Shown: in pieces, positions 1 through 10,103 of the stretch
Numbering within the stretch: position 1 is the first letter of the stretch
How the letters are laid out: each line of letters begins with the position of its first letter
Assembly (NCBI GenBank): GCA_043228905.1
Contig: JBHGNT010000224.1
Location: forward strand, 1 to 49,672
Source: Azolla caroliniana
Taxonomy: Eukaryota; Plantae; Polypodiophyta
DNA length: 49,672 bases
Direction: 5' to 3'
Made by a program: the position numbers and the translations under genes
The notes under the pieces: generated by a model
Told to the model about the DNA's origin: nothing
The model's input: the letters and a program-made list of their open reading frames with translations, nothing else
The model's database searches: none

Positions 1-554
1 ACGACTTCTCGTCGCCCCACTCTCGCCATTTGTTGAAGCGGCGGCAGACCCCTTTGACCACGGCCCAGTCGGTCGTCAACCCATCATTTGTCTCCAGCAA
101 GAGACCCACTTGGCCCTTATCCCGCACGTCCACCGATTTGACGAACAACAGGACACGGCTCGTGTCCAACACAGTCCTGTCCAGCATTGAGAGTCGTGCA
201 AAGCGTTCTTCGAACTCCCAGAGGAGCGCCGACGCATTCCTCCCCTTTCCGGGGGTTTCCACCCACTCCATGAAGTCCCGCTTCGATAACCGAAGCGCGT
301 CATCAAGCCCGTACCTCGAGCACTTCGGTCCGGCATCCAGCCTATACCTCGAGCACCTCTGCGTGGATGCCCAGTGTCGCCACCCGAGGGAACCCGGCTA
401 GACGCCTATCCTCTGGAATGTCTCTCATCACCATCTCGGCTCGGTAGGCTACCAAATAGTTCGTGGCATCCTTCCCACTGAATCGGTCTATCGTGTCGAC
501 AATTGCTTCAATGGCCCTGTCGAGGGCGCTCGTGCCATTGTGAGCATTTACCAT
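1..554 (-). pseudogene. Ty3/gypsy-type retrotransposon gag N-terminal region, frameshifted and running off the window edge
   Basis: ORF 342-554 (MVNAHNGTSALDRAIEAIVDTIDRFSGKDATNYL...) starts ~70 nt downstream of a PBS and LTR on the minus strand. Gag-like reading continues after a frame break toward position 1. Confidence 0.7.
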
Positions 555-623
555 TCATCGACTGTTGTCGCCATGGCTTCGGTGAGCTCCAATCCCCTCA
601 TCTTCACTCCTCTGCCGCCTTGT

Positions 624-641
624 TTCACGTCGGGTTCACCA
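624..641 (-). promoter_or_regulatory. Primer-binding site complementary to the tRNA-Trp 3' end
   Basis: + strand TTCACGTCGGGTTCACCA matches the 3' 18 nt (including CCA) of plant cytosolic tRNA-Trp as I recall it. It lies 4 nt from an LTR terminus (TG at 646). Confidence 0.85.
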
Positions 642-645
642 AATA

Positions 646-1170
646 TGTCGGGTTGTTATGCTTTCGCGTGTGAAATAAGGCGGGACCACGGGGGCCCTGA
701 ACCGAGGAGCAAGAGAGACAAGAGGGAGCGAGAAGCACGCAAGTGTAAGGCCTGCTAGACCTGTCAGCAACCGGTGGCACTTGCCCGCTGATTGAACCAC
801 CAACGCGTATACTGACTTAATCAATGGCACACTCGAGAGAAGCGAAAGAAGACACTCCCAGAAACATAGATGACACAGATAACACATATATTCAATTACA
901 ATAACAGTGACAATTACAACGATGGCAACCCCTGTAGAGAATGATGATGATGGTGGAGGAAAGAGCTCGGTTCCCAGTCCGACAACACTTCGTCCTCTCC
1001 CAAAAAAAAACACCCTCTCCGCCCTTTTTCTTCTCCTTTTATAGCACAAGGAGAGAGAGTCGTTTATAGACTGTTAAATCTGTTATTCTCTGTCCTTTCG
1101 GACAGAGATCCTCTTCGATTCCCTACTTATTGAATTAGTGCTACCTAGGATAATTACATCGCCGGCCTGT
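646..1170 (-). mobile_element. 5' LTR of the gypsy element (distal boundary uncertain or truncated)
   Basis: Minus-strand ...CCGACA end next to the PBS; TATAAAA on minus at ~1037-1043; no clear distal terminus. Confidence 0.65.
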
Positions 1171-1228
1171 ACTTAACTATGTATGTAAATATATCAATAC
1201 ATCACTGATACATGTAAATATATCGAAA

Positions 1229-1527
1229 TTGTATGGATGAAGGAGTTTATCAGTGAGCTGGGAATTCGACCGGAAGAATTCGGACTCTATTGCGATAATC
1301 AGAGTGCCATCCACCTTGTGAAAAATGCCGCCTACCACTCGAGGACGAAGTACATCCAACGAAGGTATCATTGGCTCCGGGAGAGGGTAGAAGAAATGGA
1401 GTTCGCTCTAGTGATGGTACACACAGCAGAAAACGGATAGGACATGCTAACAAAGGTGTTGTCAGCCAAAAAGCTCAACGCATGCCGACAGAGGGTCGGA
1501 TTGATGAAATACCCCATGCTGGAGTGA
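1229..1527 (+). pseudogene. Ty1/copia RNase H C-terminal fragment with an in-frame stop
   Basis: WMKEFISELG...LYCDNQSAIHL.KN..YHSRTKYI..RYHWLRE...HTAENG*DMLTK motifs; TAG at 1438-1440. Confidence 0.9.
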
Positions 1528-2077
1528 AGGGGGAGTTTGTTAGGAAACAGGTCCCTCCAGATGGGAAGAGAGAGAGGAGCCGAGTTGATGAGAAACCCGA
1601 AACCGTGGATGTAGCCAACTCAGGAGACTATAATTGTAAATAATCTGAATGTGAATGTGTGCCCCACGTGGGCCATGTATGTAAATAACCCTAAATGTGT
1701 AGTAGTATATAAGTACTTAGGGCAATCATAACATGATTATGATGAGTCTTTTGTAAGATAGAATAGAACAGGTGTTGCTTGTGTAACAAAGCGTGAGAGA
1801 GAAAGAGTGTGGGAGTGCGAAACTCCATAGCCGTCTGTGACGAAGCAGAATCTCAAGGTCGTTGCCTCTAAGTTTTCTGATTGTACTCCTTTTCTTCTAG
1901 TGAGTCTATTCTCGGGGTTTGTGGACCCCCGTGGTTTTCCTAATTCGGGTTTCCACATTAAATCTATGTATTTCTCTGTTTCAGTTTTATGTCTTGGTCT
2001 TCCATTTAAGTAGTTATTTTCTACGCACAAGTATACGAACGAGAAACCGGTTGTGGCCAATCACGATTCTCTACACA
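1521..2077 (+). mobile_element. PPT plus 3' LTR of a Tork/Tnt1-like copia element
   Basis: PPT GGAGTGAAGGGGGAG (1521-1535), then TGTTAGG at 1538; TATATAA at ~1706; U5-type CCCGTGGTTTTCC..GGGTTTCCAC motif; ends ...CTACA(CA) at ~2075-2077. Confidence 0.8.
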
Positions 2078-2484
2078 AATCAGATGGTTTATTATCCACT
2101 ACCATCATAGAATGAAGCAAATATAGTAATGGATATGGCAAGTGACACGTGCATACCGACCATGCATACTTGTTTATTAGTACATTAGTGATGAGGTTGG
2201 ACAAGAGCAAGATTATTAGTAAGTACAATATCCCCACTTCCTACTCACAAGTTTAGAAGATGAGGTGAAAGTGAATTAGGTTCTCATTGATAGAAACATC
2301 ATCAATGGGTTATATGTGCACTTATGCTACATGCTCTTAGCATCAGTCAACACTAATATAAAACACATCCACTAATTGTTTATCCACCATTTACCTTGCA
2401 TAATCTTTTCTTGCCTCCATGATAGAAACTAGCATATTGATTTGTCCCTTGTAATAATCGTTTTGTCATAAACCGGTTTAGATT

Positions 2485-2873
2485 TGTAAAGAATCAAGAG
2501 ATAGATTCTGTGCAGCGGAATAGATATGAACTCTGTGTGTGTATGAGAGAGTGAGGGAGAGAGACAAGGAGAAAGACACAGAGAATACACAAGGTAAAGT
2601 ATATTAACAAAGGAGAAAAACTCAACAACCTACAAGGTGGGAGGAGGGTGCTTTATATAGTCACCCTCTCTCTTCATTAACTACAAGACTCATGGAGCAT
2701 GGGGAATGTGAAAGCTCATAAGTTGTGTGTGTGTCATAGAATATGATTCTATGACTCATACTAAATGCTAGAATACAAAGTGGTGACATAATGGTGACTC
2801 CTGACCGTTGGAGTGTCTATTCACTCTCAAGGTGAGTTCACACACTAGACCAAGTTGAGTTTGATTCTCAACA
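2485..2873 (-). mobile_element. 3' LTR (389 bp) of a copia element
   Basis: Minus strand TGTTGAG...CTTTACA termini; PPT AGCTTGAGGGGGCG directly before it; TATATAAA on minus at ~2652-2659. Confidence 0.8.
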
Positions 2874-3102
2874 CGCCCCCTCAAGCTCAAGTTGGGTCGG
2901 TTTCAGACGGTATCCGAAATCCGCTTCGACTCGCGTTCCGGAGTCCGCGTCGACTCGCATATATGCGGAGTTGCGGAATCCGTGCTCCAGCTTGCGTTGT
3001 GCGTAGTTGCGAAGTCTGTGCTTCGGCGTGCGTCTTTCTTCGCGGCTTTGCGCAATAGATTGGCTCTTCGCGGTTTCGTTGCGCGGTTGTGGAATCCACA
3101 CG

Positions 3103-4024
3103 TTATTGCGTAGTGTTGGCGGTACTCCCCCTCAAGCTTGGCAGGTCAGGGATCATTAATCCGAGATCGGTCATGAATTGCCATAGTGTGTCGGCTCCTA
3201 AGGCTTTAGTGAAGATGTCGACCGTTTGAAGAGTTGTGCTAATGTGTTGTAGGTCGACATCGCCATCTAGAACGCGCTCTCGGATGAAGTGATAGTGCAC
3301 TTCGATGTGCTTTGTCTGCGCGTGGAACTCCGGGTTCCGAGCCAAATAGATACTGCTCATGTTGTCGTAGTAAAGGGAAGTCGGATCCTTGATGGGTACG
3401 CATAGATCCTTGAGTATCCTGTTGAGCCATACGGCTTCACATGCGACTATTGTCGCGGCCCTGTATTCCACCTCTGTGCTCGAAAGAGCGACGATTGGTT
3501 GCTTTTTGCTGCTCCAAGATATTGCTCCGCTGCCGGGGGAAAAGACAAATCCGGAGGTTGATCTTCTATCGGCTTTGTAGCCGGCCCAATCGGCGTCTGT
3601 GTACCCTACGAGTCGTATTGGCATCGCGGTCTTGTAGAGGATGCCGCAATCCCTTGTGCCGCTCACGTATCGTAGAACTCGCTTAGTGCAATCCAAGTGA
3701 GTATCACGCGGTGTTTGCATGAATTGACTAAGGAGACCGACCGGATAACCGAGATTGGGTCGAGTGATCATGAGGTAGATGAGACTCCCGATGAGTTGCC
3801 GATACTGAGTTGGCTCACACGCTTTGGTGCCAGAGTTCGCATCTAGTTTGAGATTGCGATCGAGCGGGGTTGCCGCGGATTTGCACTCAACCATACCGAA
3901 CTTATATAACAAGTTGAGGATGTAGTGTCGTTGAGAGATCATGATTCCGGCTGGAGTTCGAATTACCTTGATGCCGAGGAAGTAGTGGAGCTCCTTCATG
4001 TCCGTCATCTCGAACTTGTCAGAA
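3103..4024 (-). mobile_element. Ty1/copia reverse transcriptase C-terminal part plus RNase H, 5'-truncated, frame still open
   Basis: FEMTDMKELHYFLG, YRQLIGSLIYL..TRP, GYTDADWAG..DRRSTSG, WSSKKQ..VALSSTEVEY, TKHIEVHYHFIRE, DIFTKAL. The first ~40 aa of the called ORF are non-TE flank. Confidence 0.93.
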
Positions 4025-4428
4025 ACATATGGATGCCAAACTGGTTTAGGCTTAACCACTTTCGAACCTTTGCTTTTCACTTGAATAGATGAAATGCATA
4101 ATATGGGACAAATCAGTGTGCTAGTTTCTATCATGGAGGCAAGCAAAGAGAAACTATGGAGGCAAGCAAAGATTATGCACGGTGCATAAACAATTAGTTC
4201 AAGTGTTTTATTCTTTGTTATTAGTTTCTCCTGATGCTAAGAGCATGTATCATAGGTGCACATTTAACCCATCCATGTATGTGTGCATGCATGGATGTAT
4301 GGATGAATCCATGCATGGATGTATGTATGGATATATAAAAAATTAAAATATAAACAAATAAACGAAGAAAGAACTCTGCACTGCTTTTATCCCCTGCTTT
4401 TCCCCTTGCTCTGAGATCTGCTACAATT

Positions 4429-4464
4429 AAACCCTAACCCTAACCCTAACCCTAACCCTAACCC
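4429..4464. repeat. Short interstitial telomere-like tract (CCCTAA)5, with nearby telo-boxes
   Basis: Five perfect CCCTAA units at 4432-4461; AAACCCTAA also at ~4512 and ~4605. Confidence 0.9.
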
Positions 4465-5638
4465 CCCAGGTCTAAAGAAACAAGAGAAAAGAACCAAGTC
4501 AGGAAACATCGAAACCCTAATTACTTCATGAACAACTTTAAAAAGGAAACCCAAAATCTGGCCTGACATGACCTGACCGACCCCGAGCGATCCAAATAAA
4601 AATTAAACCCTAATTTTGTACATGCCTCTGTTTCTACCTTCTCTCTCTCTCTCTCTCCCTGTGTTCGAGATAGAAAGATAGGCATCTGTCTATGGCTATT
4701 GTGAACAGATCTGTGAGGAGGGGCTATGGTGGTTGTTGATTTATGATGATCTTCCACCCCTCTCTCTTCATCCACTGAAGAGCGATGTGCGATCTGCTCC
4801 AGCAGAGGCCGCCTCAGGTTGAAGATTCAGATTTTCTTGGTATGTTACCTTTGAATCACTGTACTTGCACCTTTGTTTGATGCTTAAATCTTTCATGGAT
4901 TTGAAAACCCAAAAACTCACTGCTTGATTTGAAAAGCCCCAATTTTTTGCTTGACTTCGGAAACCAGAACTAGATAGAATGCACCATTCATAGATAAAAG
5001 TCATAGAATGCCATATCTTCTCCACTGTTAAATGCTCATATACGTATGTATGTGTATATATGTATATATAATTTAACAAATAGACACATACGCATACACA
5101 TACATTTACATATGCACCCGCACCTTCATACACATGCATACATTTACATTTACATGCAGGCAAGATTACATCGCATTCTCCGTATTTGTTGAGTTTTTGC
5201 TATCTATCTTATCATTTTAGTTAGTTGTGACAGCTCTTCCATATTAGTAGATTTTTTGCTATCCATCTTATCTCTACAAGCACTTTCGAAATAGCCTTGG
5301 GAAACATGTTAAATTTCTCCATTCCTTGAAATTATGCTGTGCTCTGTTTTATCTTTGGTGTTTGGTGTGGGCAAATCAAATATGATCCTTGAAATTTTGA
5401 TAGTGCAATATCTTAAGTTTGTACATCCAACAAAATTTAAATTACCATTCTTTTGTTTGCTTTAACCATGTATTAATCTCACATCAATTCTTGCTCTCAC
5501 ATGGAAATGAACGAACAAATTGGGTGCATTGAGTCTTGCTCATTTTAACACATCTCCTCATTTTATGACAACAATTTAATATTGACTATTTAGTTTTTAA
5601 TCATATTAGTATCTTGCACAACGAATATCCTTCACAGA

Positions 5639-6042
5639 TAGGAGTCGACAAGGACTTGGTTCAAGCCTAAACTGAGCTGTTAAAACCGTTGAAGGTTTTG
5701 GGGGTTTGATGGCTTGGTTCAAGCCTAAGCCAAGCTGTTAAAATTGTTCTTGAAGCGTTTGGGGGTTTGATGGTTTGGTTCCGCATGGTTAGGCTTGGTT
5801 CAAATCTACACAAAGCTGTTAAAACTGTTTTCAAAGGGTTGGGGGGTTTTGCTCAGTTTGGTTTAGGCTTACGTTTTCTAAACCAATTTGGGCTTGGTTT
5901 GGCAAGGTTCAAGCCAAACCAAATTGGATTGGACCAAATCGGTTAAGGCTAAACAACTTGTCCACCACGAATTCCTAAGTTGGTGTGGTTCAAGTTTGGT
6001 GCCAAACCAGTTAAGCCTAAACTGAATTGATGTTGATTCTTA
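5639..6042. mobile_element. Non-autonomous hAT-type MITE (404 bp)
   Basis: Imperfect TIRs TAGGAGTCGACA / TGTTGATTCTTA; 8-bp TSD TTCACAGA (5631-5638) / TTCATAGA (6043-6050); internal TTGGTT/AACCAA subrepeats. Confidence 0.75.
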
Positions 6043-6468
6043 TTCATAGATCAGAAATCAACCATTGCTATTCATTTCGAAATACATAACAATATTGCAT
6101 AGGTTCAATTGAAGATAAATTTGGTATTGACCTTGCCAAAAAATATATGCACAAATGTGAAGTTCTAGTGCCCAAGAAATTTAACAAATGAGAGTAAGTA
6201 TATTTTTATATCCTAGGCTCTAGCGTTTATGAAGGTTCGTTATGGATCATAAAAAAATGACTGTATTTTCTTTACATTGGTTTGCTTGTACTCAATTTGC
6301 GGAACTACATACTCACACGCTCAAATCTATAATTGAAAAGGGCAAACATTTAAAAAACGGCCCATTCATTCCAAAAGGTATTGCAACTACCAATTGACCA
6401 AACAATCAAGCCAAAAGTATGTCTCCAATCATCTTGGCAATTCGACATGTACTAGAAAACAGATATCG

Positions 6469-6897
6469 ATAAAGAATAGGGATCAATTGAAACACAAAAA
6501 GGGAATATAAGGTTTTTCATCAAATTCAATATGATTTTTTCTTACAACATGGCAAGATCTAATGGGAAAAAACAAAAGACCACCTCTCCTTCCATATAAG
6601 ATCAAGAAGGTAAATTGATTTTACTTCTCATAGTTTTCCCCAATTCATTCAACCAATTCAATGTATAATCTTTCATACAATCCATAAAGAATAGGGATCA
6701 ATTGAAACACAAAAAGGGAATATAAGTTTTTTCATCAAATTCAATATGATTTTTTCTTACAACATGGCAAGTTCTAATGGGAAAAAACAAAAGACCACCT
6801 CTCCTTCCATATAAGATCAAGAAGGTAAATTGATTTTACTTCTCATAGTTTTCCCCAATTCATTCAACCAATTCAATGTATAATCTTTCATACAATC
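6469..6897. repeat. Near-perfect 215-bp tandem duplication
   Basis: ATAAAGAATAGGGATCAATTG at 6469 and 6684; I see only two substitutions between the copies. Confidence 0.95.
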
Positions 6898-8221
6898 TAC
6901 TTATTTAGACAATATCATCATGTTTCCAACGTTGGTTACATAAACCTCCCACATATTACAATTTTGTTTCTATAGTTTCCCCAATTTATTCAACATATTC
7001 AAAGTATAATGTTCCATACCATGTACTTAACTATGACAAATATCATCATGATTCCTAGGTTATATTGCCCTTCAACATCTATTTCTTGGTCTATTCATTA
7101 GACAAGAATGACCTTTATGTTGACTACACCTATGGTATTAGTGAAGTCACAAGCAAATTTATTTTGGTATGTTTTCATGACACTAACTATATATCCCTAT
7201 GTGATGCTCTAACTAAGAGTTGTTCAAAAACATCATACTTTCTCAATTTGTGTCAAGTTCATAATTAGATGTGGACTCTACCCTTATATTGATGACGCTT
7301 ATTAAGATTATCACCTTTGTATAACCACTCTCCCACTCGCACTTAAATCAAGACTCATCAACTTCACTGAAAAGACTGAATTCATGTTTAATTGGATTAA
7401 TTGCAAGTGTGCAACATTTCACATAGTGTTGAAAATACATTATCTATTCTCATGCCTGTTGTATGTATGTATGTGTGTATGTATGGCATTTTCAACATGC
7501 TCATATTGCCTACTCCAATACATGAAAGAGAGGGAGTACAAGATTGTTTTCACAATAGCACTTTACCACTTATATAAGCCAAAAATTATATTGTGAAAAT
7601 TGTTCAACAAAATACACTACAAAAATTATGCACCATACACACAAAATTTTTATAATGGAAAACCCTCAAGGAGGTAAAAACCATGCATTTGTATACCAAA
7701 GTTGTACTCTAAATATATAAGAGTACTATCATCTATGTAAAGAGGAAGGGGTAAATTTTGTCTTTAAACCCAACTAAAAAGACACAAAAACCACCTGAGA
7801 CTCACAGTGGATGGACTAAACCCCCCATTGAACATGAGCTAAATTTTTAGGCCCATGTTGATTGGTCAATGGCTAGAACAAATTTTACCGTGTGGTGTTC
7901 TTGTATCTATATACTCAAGAACTTTACTCAAAGACTTGTGTATTACATTTCTATTATTACACTTCTATGGTTTTCGTCGATAAACCCAAAACGCTTAGTT
8001 CTTGGTCATGTGGTAAGTTGTAATTGTCTTAAGTAGGCCATGTTTGGCTTTACGAAACCATTGTAACCGTTTTATGAAAACCATTACTAAACGATGGTCA
8101 AGAATCAAGATTATCTTACCAAAAACTAACCATGGGTTTACTTGTTTTCATTTATTGGAGGGAGAGAGAAAGAGACAACATAAGAAGGTTTTTTTTATTC
8201 ATTTCTCTTCTCCTTCATAAG

Positions 8222-8226
<5 letters not shown>

Positions 8227-8253
<27 letters not shown>
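8227..8253. repeat. (TC)13 microsatellite followed by degenerate CCTAAC-type repeats to ~8380
   Basis: Direct reading. Confidence 0.9.
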
Positions 8254-9547
8254 AGTGTGAACAGATCCGCGAACCTAATCCTAGCCCTAACTCTATGGGT
8301 AGCCAAAACTCTTAACAGTAAACCTAATCCTAACTCGATACCTAACCCTAGCTCTAGCACTAAACCAAAAAACTAAGCCTTGGGGGACATGTCAAACGCA
8401 TACTCTCAAGTTTTAACAAGTGGGCAATCATCAACATATGGATCTATCATCTTTCAAGAAAAAAGACAAGGCTCAAAGTCCCACATCTATGACTAGGAAG
8501 GTCAAATACTTAAAAAAGAATATGGTTCAAAAAACCATCTATTTAATCTAAAAAGCGGAATATGTGTCCAAAAATAAGTGAGGTTCAATGCACTTGATTT
8601 GTTCATTTATTGAAGATGATAGTGAGAATTGAAGATGATAGTGAGAATTGATGGGCTTGGAGTACATAATTATAAACTTTGTATTCGTATATTAAATTTA
8701 GACACACAAGCTACTCAAATAACCATCTACTTTCACCTTGGGTTTTGACCCCTGATCGAAAGAATACTTTTTAAGGGACAAAGTGTTTAATCAAAGAATG
8801 GCAATCCATTGGCACTACAACCGGCAACACTTCAATATGTACTGATTGTTGAGTTTTAAATCTAATCGCTTATCTTACGCAACAAATAATATTATCCTTC
8901 ACAAGGAAAGCTCCTTTGAAAGACATATTCACCTCTCTTTCGGACAAAAAAAAACAGACTTTCGGACATTTGTAGTTAAAAAAGGGGGACAAAAACACAT
9001 GATCCAAATCAAGTCAATAATCCATACATATATTGATCAAAACAAGATCCAAACTTTTTTGTATTCTGATTAAGATCCCATATATGGAAAATAAATGAAT
9101 GAATAAATAAATAAATAAAAGCAAATACTATAAAAGTAGAAACGAAAAAAATTATGAAACAGATTTCACGAGGAAAAGTTAATATGGAAAAAGAACGAGC
9201 CAGTAACGATGTAAACCCAAATCAAGATATTCCAAGGAGTGTACCGATTAATGAACACACAGGAAAAAGGATCCGCTTCGAAACATAGAAGAAATGGAGC
9301 CAAAGGTATGACACAATCTCAATTTAATCAAGCCTCAACATCAGTTAGCTTCACTTAACTCGAATTTAATAAAATGTTCGAATACATTAAACGCCAAAAT
9401 TATAACTAATGGAAAGATGGAAGGAGTTACTTTGGGGGAAAAAAAACAAAAATCGCTTATACAAACACCAAATTAGAGCGATCATATTAACTCATCAAAC
9501 TTTACTCAAGAAATCCCTATCTTCTGATGGAAAACCTTTTTCACCTC

Positions 9548-9811
9548 CTAAATCGGGCGATCCACGACAGCGATGGCACCATTGACATCGATGACAAACA
9601 TATTGGCAAGGATGTGAGTGACATGTAGGCGGGAGCCATTGGCGCATAAGATGTAGAGCTCTTCGCCAGGCCTTGGGAGACTGAAAATCTTACTGGATTT
9701 GGGATGGATGTCCATGTCCATGTTGGCATTAATCTGCAGGTTATTGCGGTTCATGATCTCTGCCTTGCAAGGGCTTCGGGTTGTATTGTGGATGGTCATG
9801 GTCCTGGCCAT
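9548..9811 (-). CDS. Candidate small intronless protein (87 aa), family not recognised
   Basis: ATG-to-TAG ORF, more GC-rich than its flanks, ccATGGc start context, TATAAATA ~70 nt upstream, AT-rich downstream region. Confidence 0.45.
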   Translation of the reverse strand: MARTMTIHNTTRSPCKAEIMNRNNLQINANMDMDIHPKSSKIFSLPRPGEELYILCANGSRLHVTHILANMFVIDVNGAIAVVDRPI

Positions 9812-9881
9812 GGATTTGCAAGGGCTTAATGGAATGGAAGGCAGTGGAGTGTTTCTATAACGCCATGGTCATTTACGTGCG

Positions 9882-9889
9882 TATTTATA
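9882..9889 (-). promoter_or_regulatory. TATA box of the candidate small gene
   Basis: TATAAATA on the minus strand at a plausible distance from the ATG at 9811. Confidence 0.4.
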
Positions 9890-10103
9890 TGAGACATACA
9901 TACCCACCCGGCCTGGCCTTCATTTAATGCGATTTGTTCCTACTCTTGTTGCAAAAAAGCAAAGGTTTGTGGGTTGGCCTCTGGCCTTCATTCAATGCGA
10001 TTACCACCTTTTGGCTCATCTCTTGTTGCAAAAAAGCAAATGTTCCTTTAACAAGAGCATTTCTATAATGCCAGATCATCATTTACGAAAGGTATTGTTT
10101 TTA

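Noticed and set aside
7590-7700. Possible minus-strand copia LTR remnant (GGAAAACCCTCAAGGAGGTAAAAACCATG)
   Set aside because: Only one motif, with no definable termini or TSD.
8610-8652. 19-bp tandem duplication TTGAAGATGATAGTGAGAA
   Set aside because: An ordinary slippage duplication with no further structure.
7748-8795. Possible Mutator-like element enclosing CT and telomere-like repeats
   Set aside because: Terminal inverted similarity is too weak and I found no TSD.
9800-9811. MART start resembling histone H3/CENH3
   Set aside because: Similarity ends after four residues; no basic tail or histone fold.
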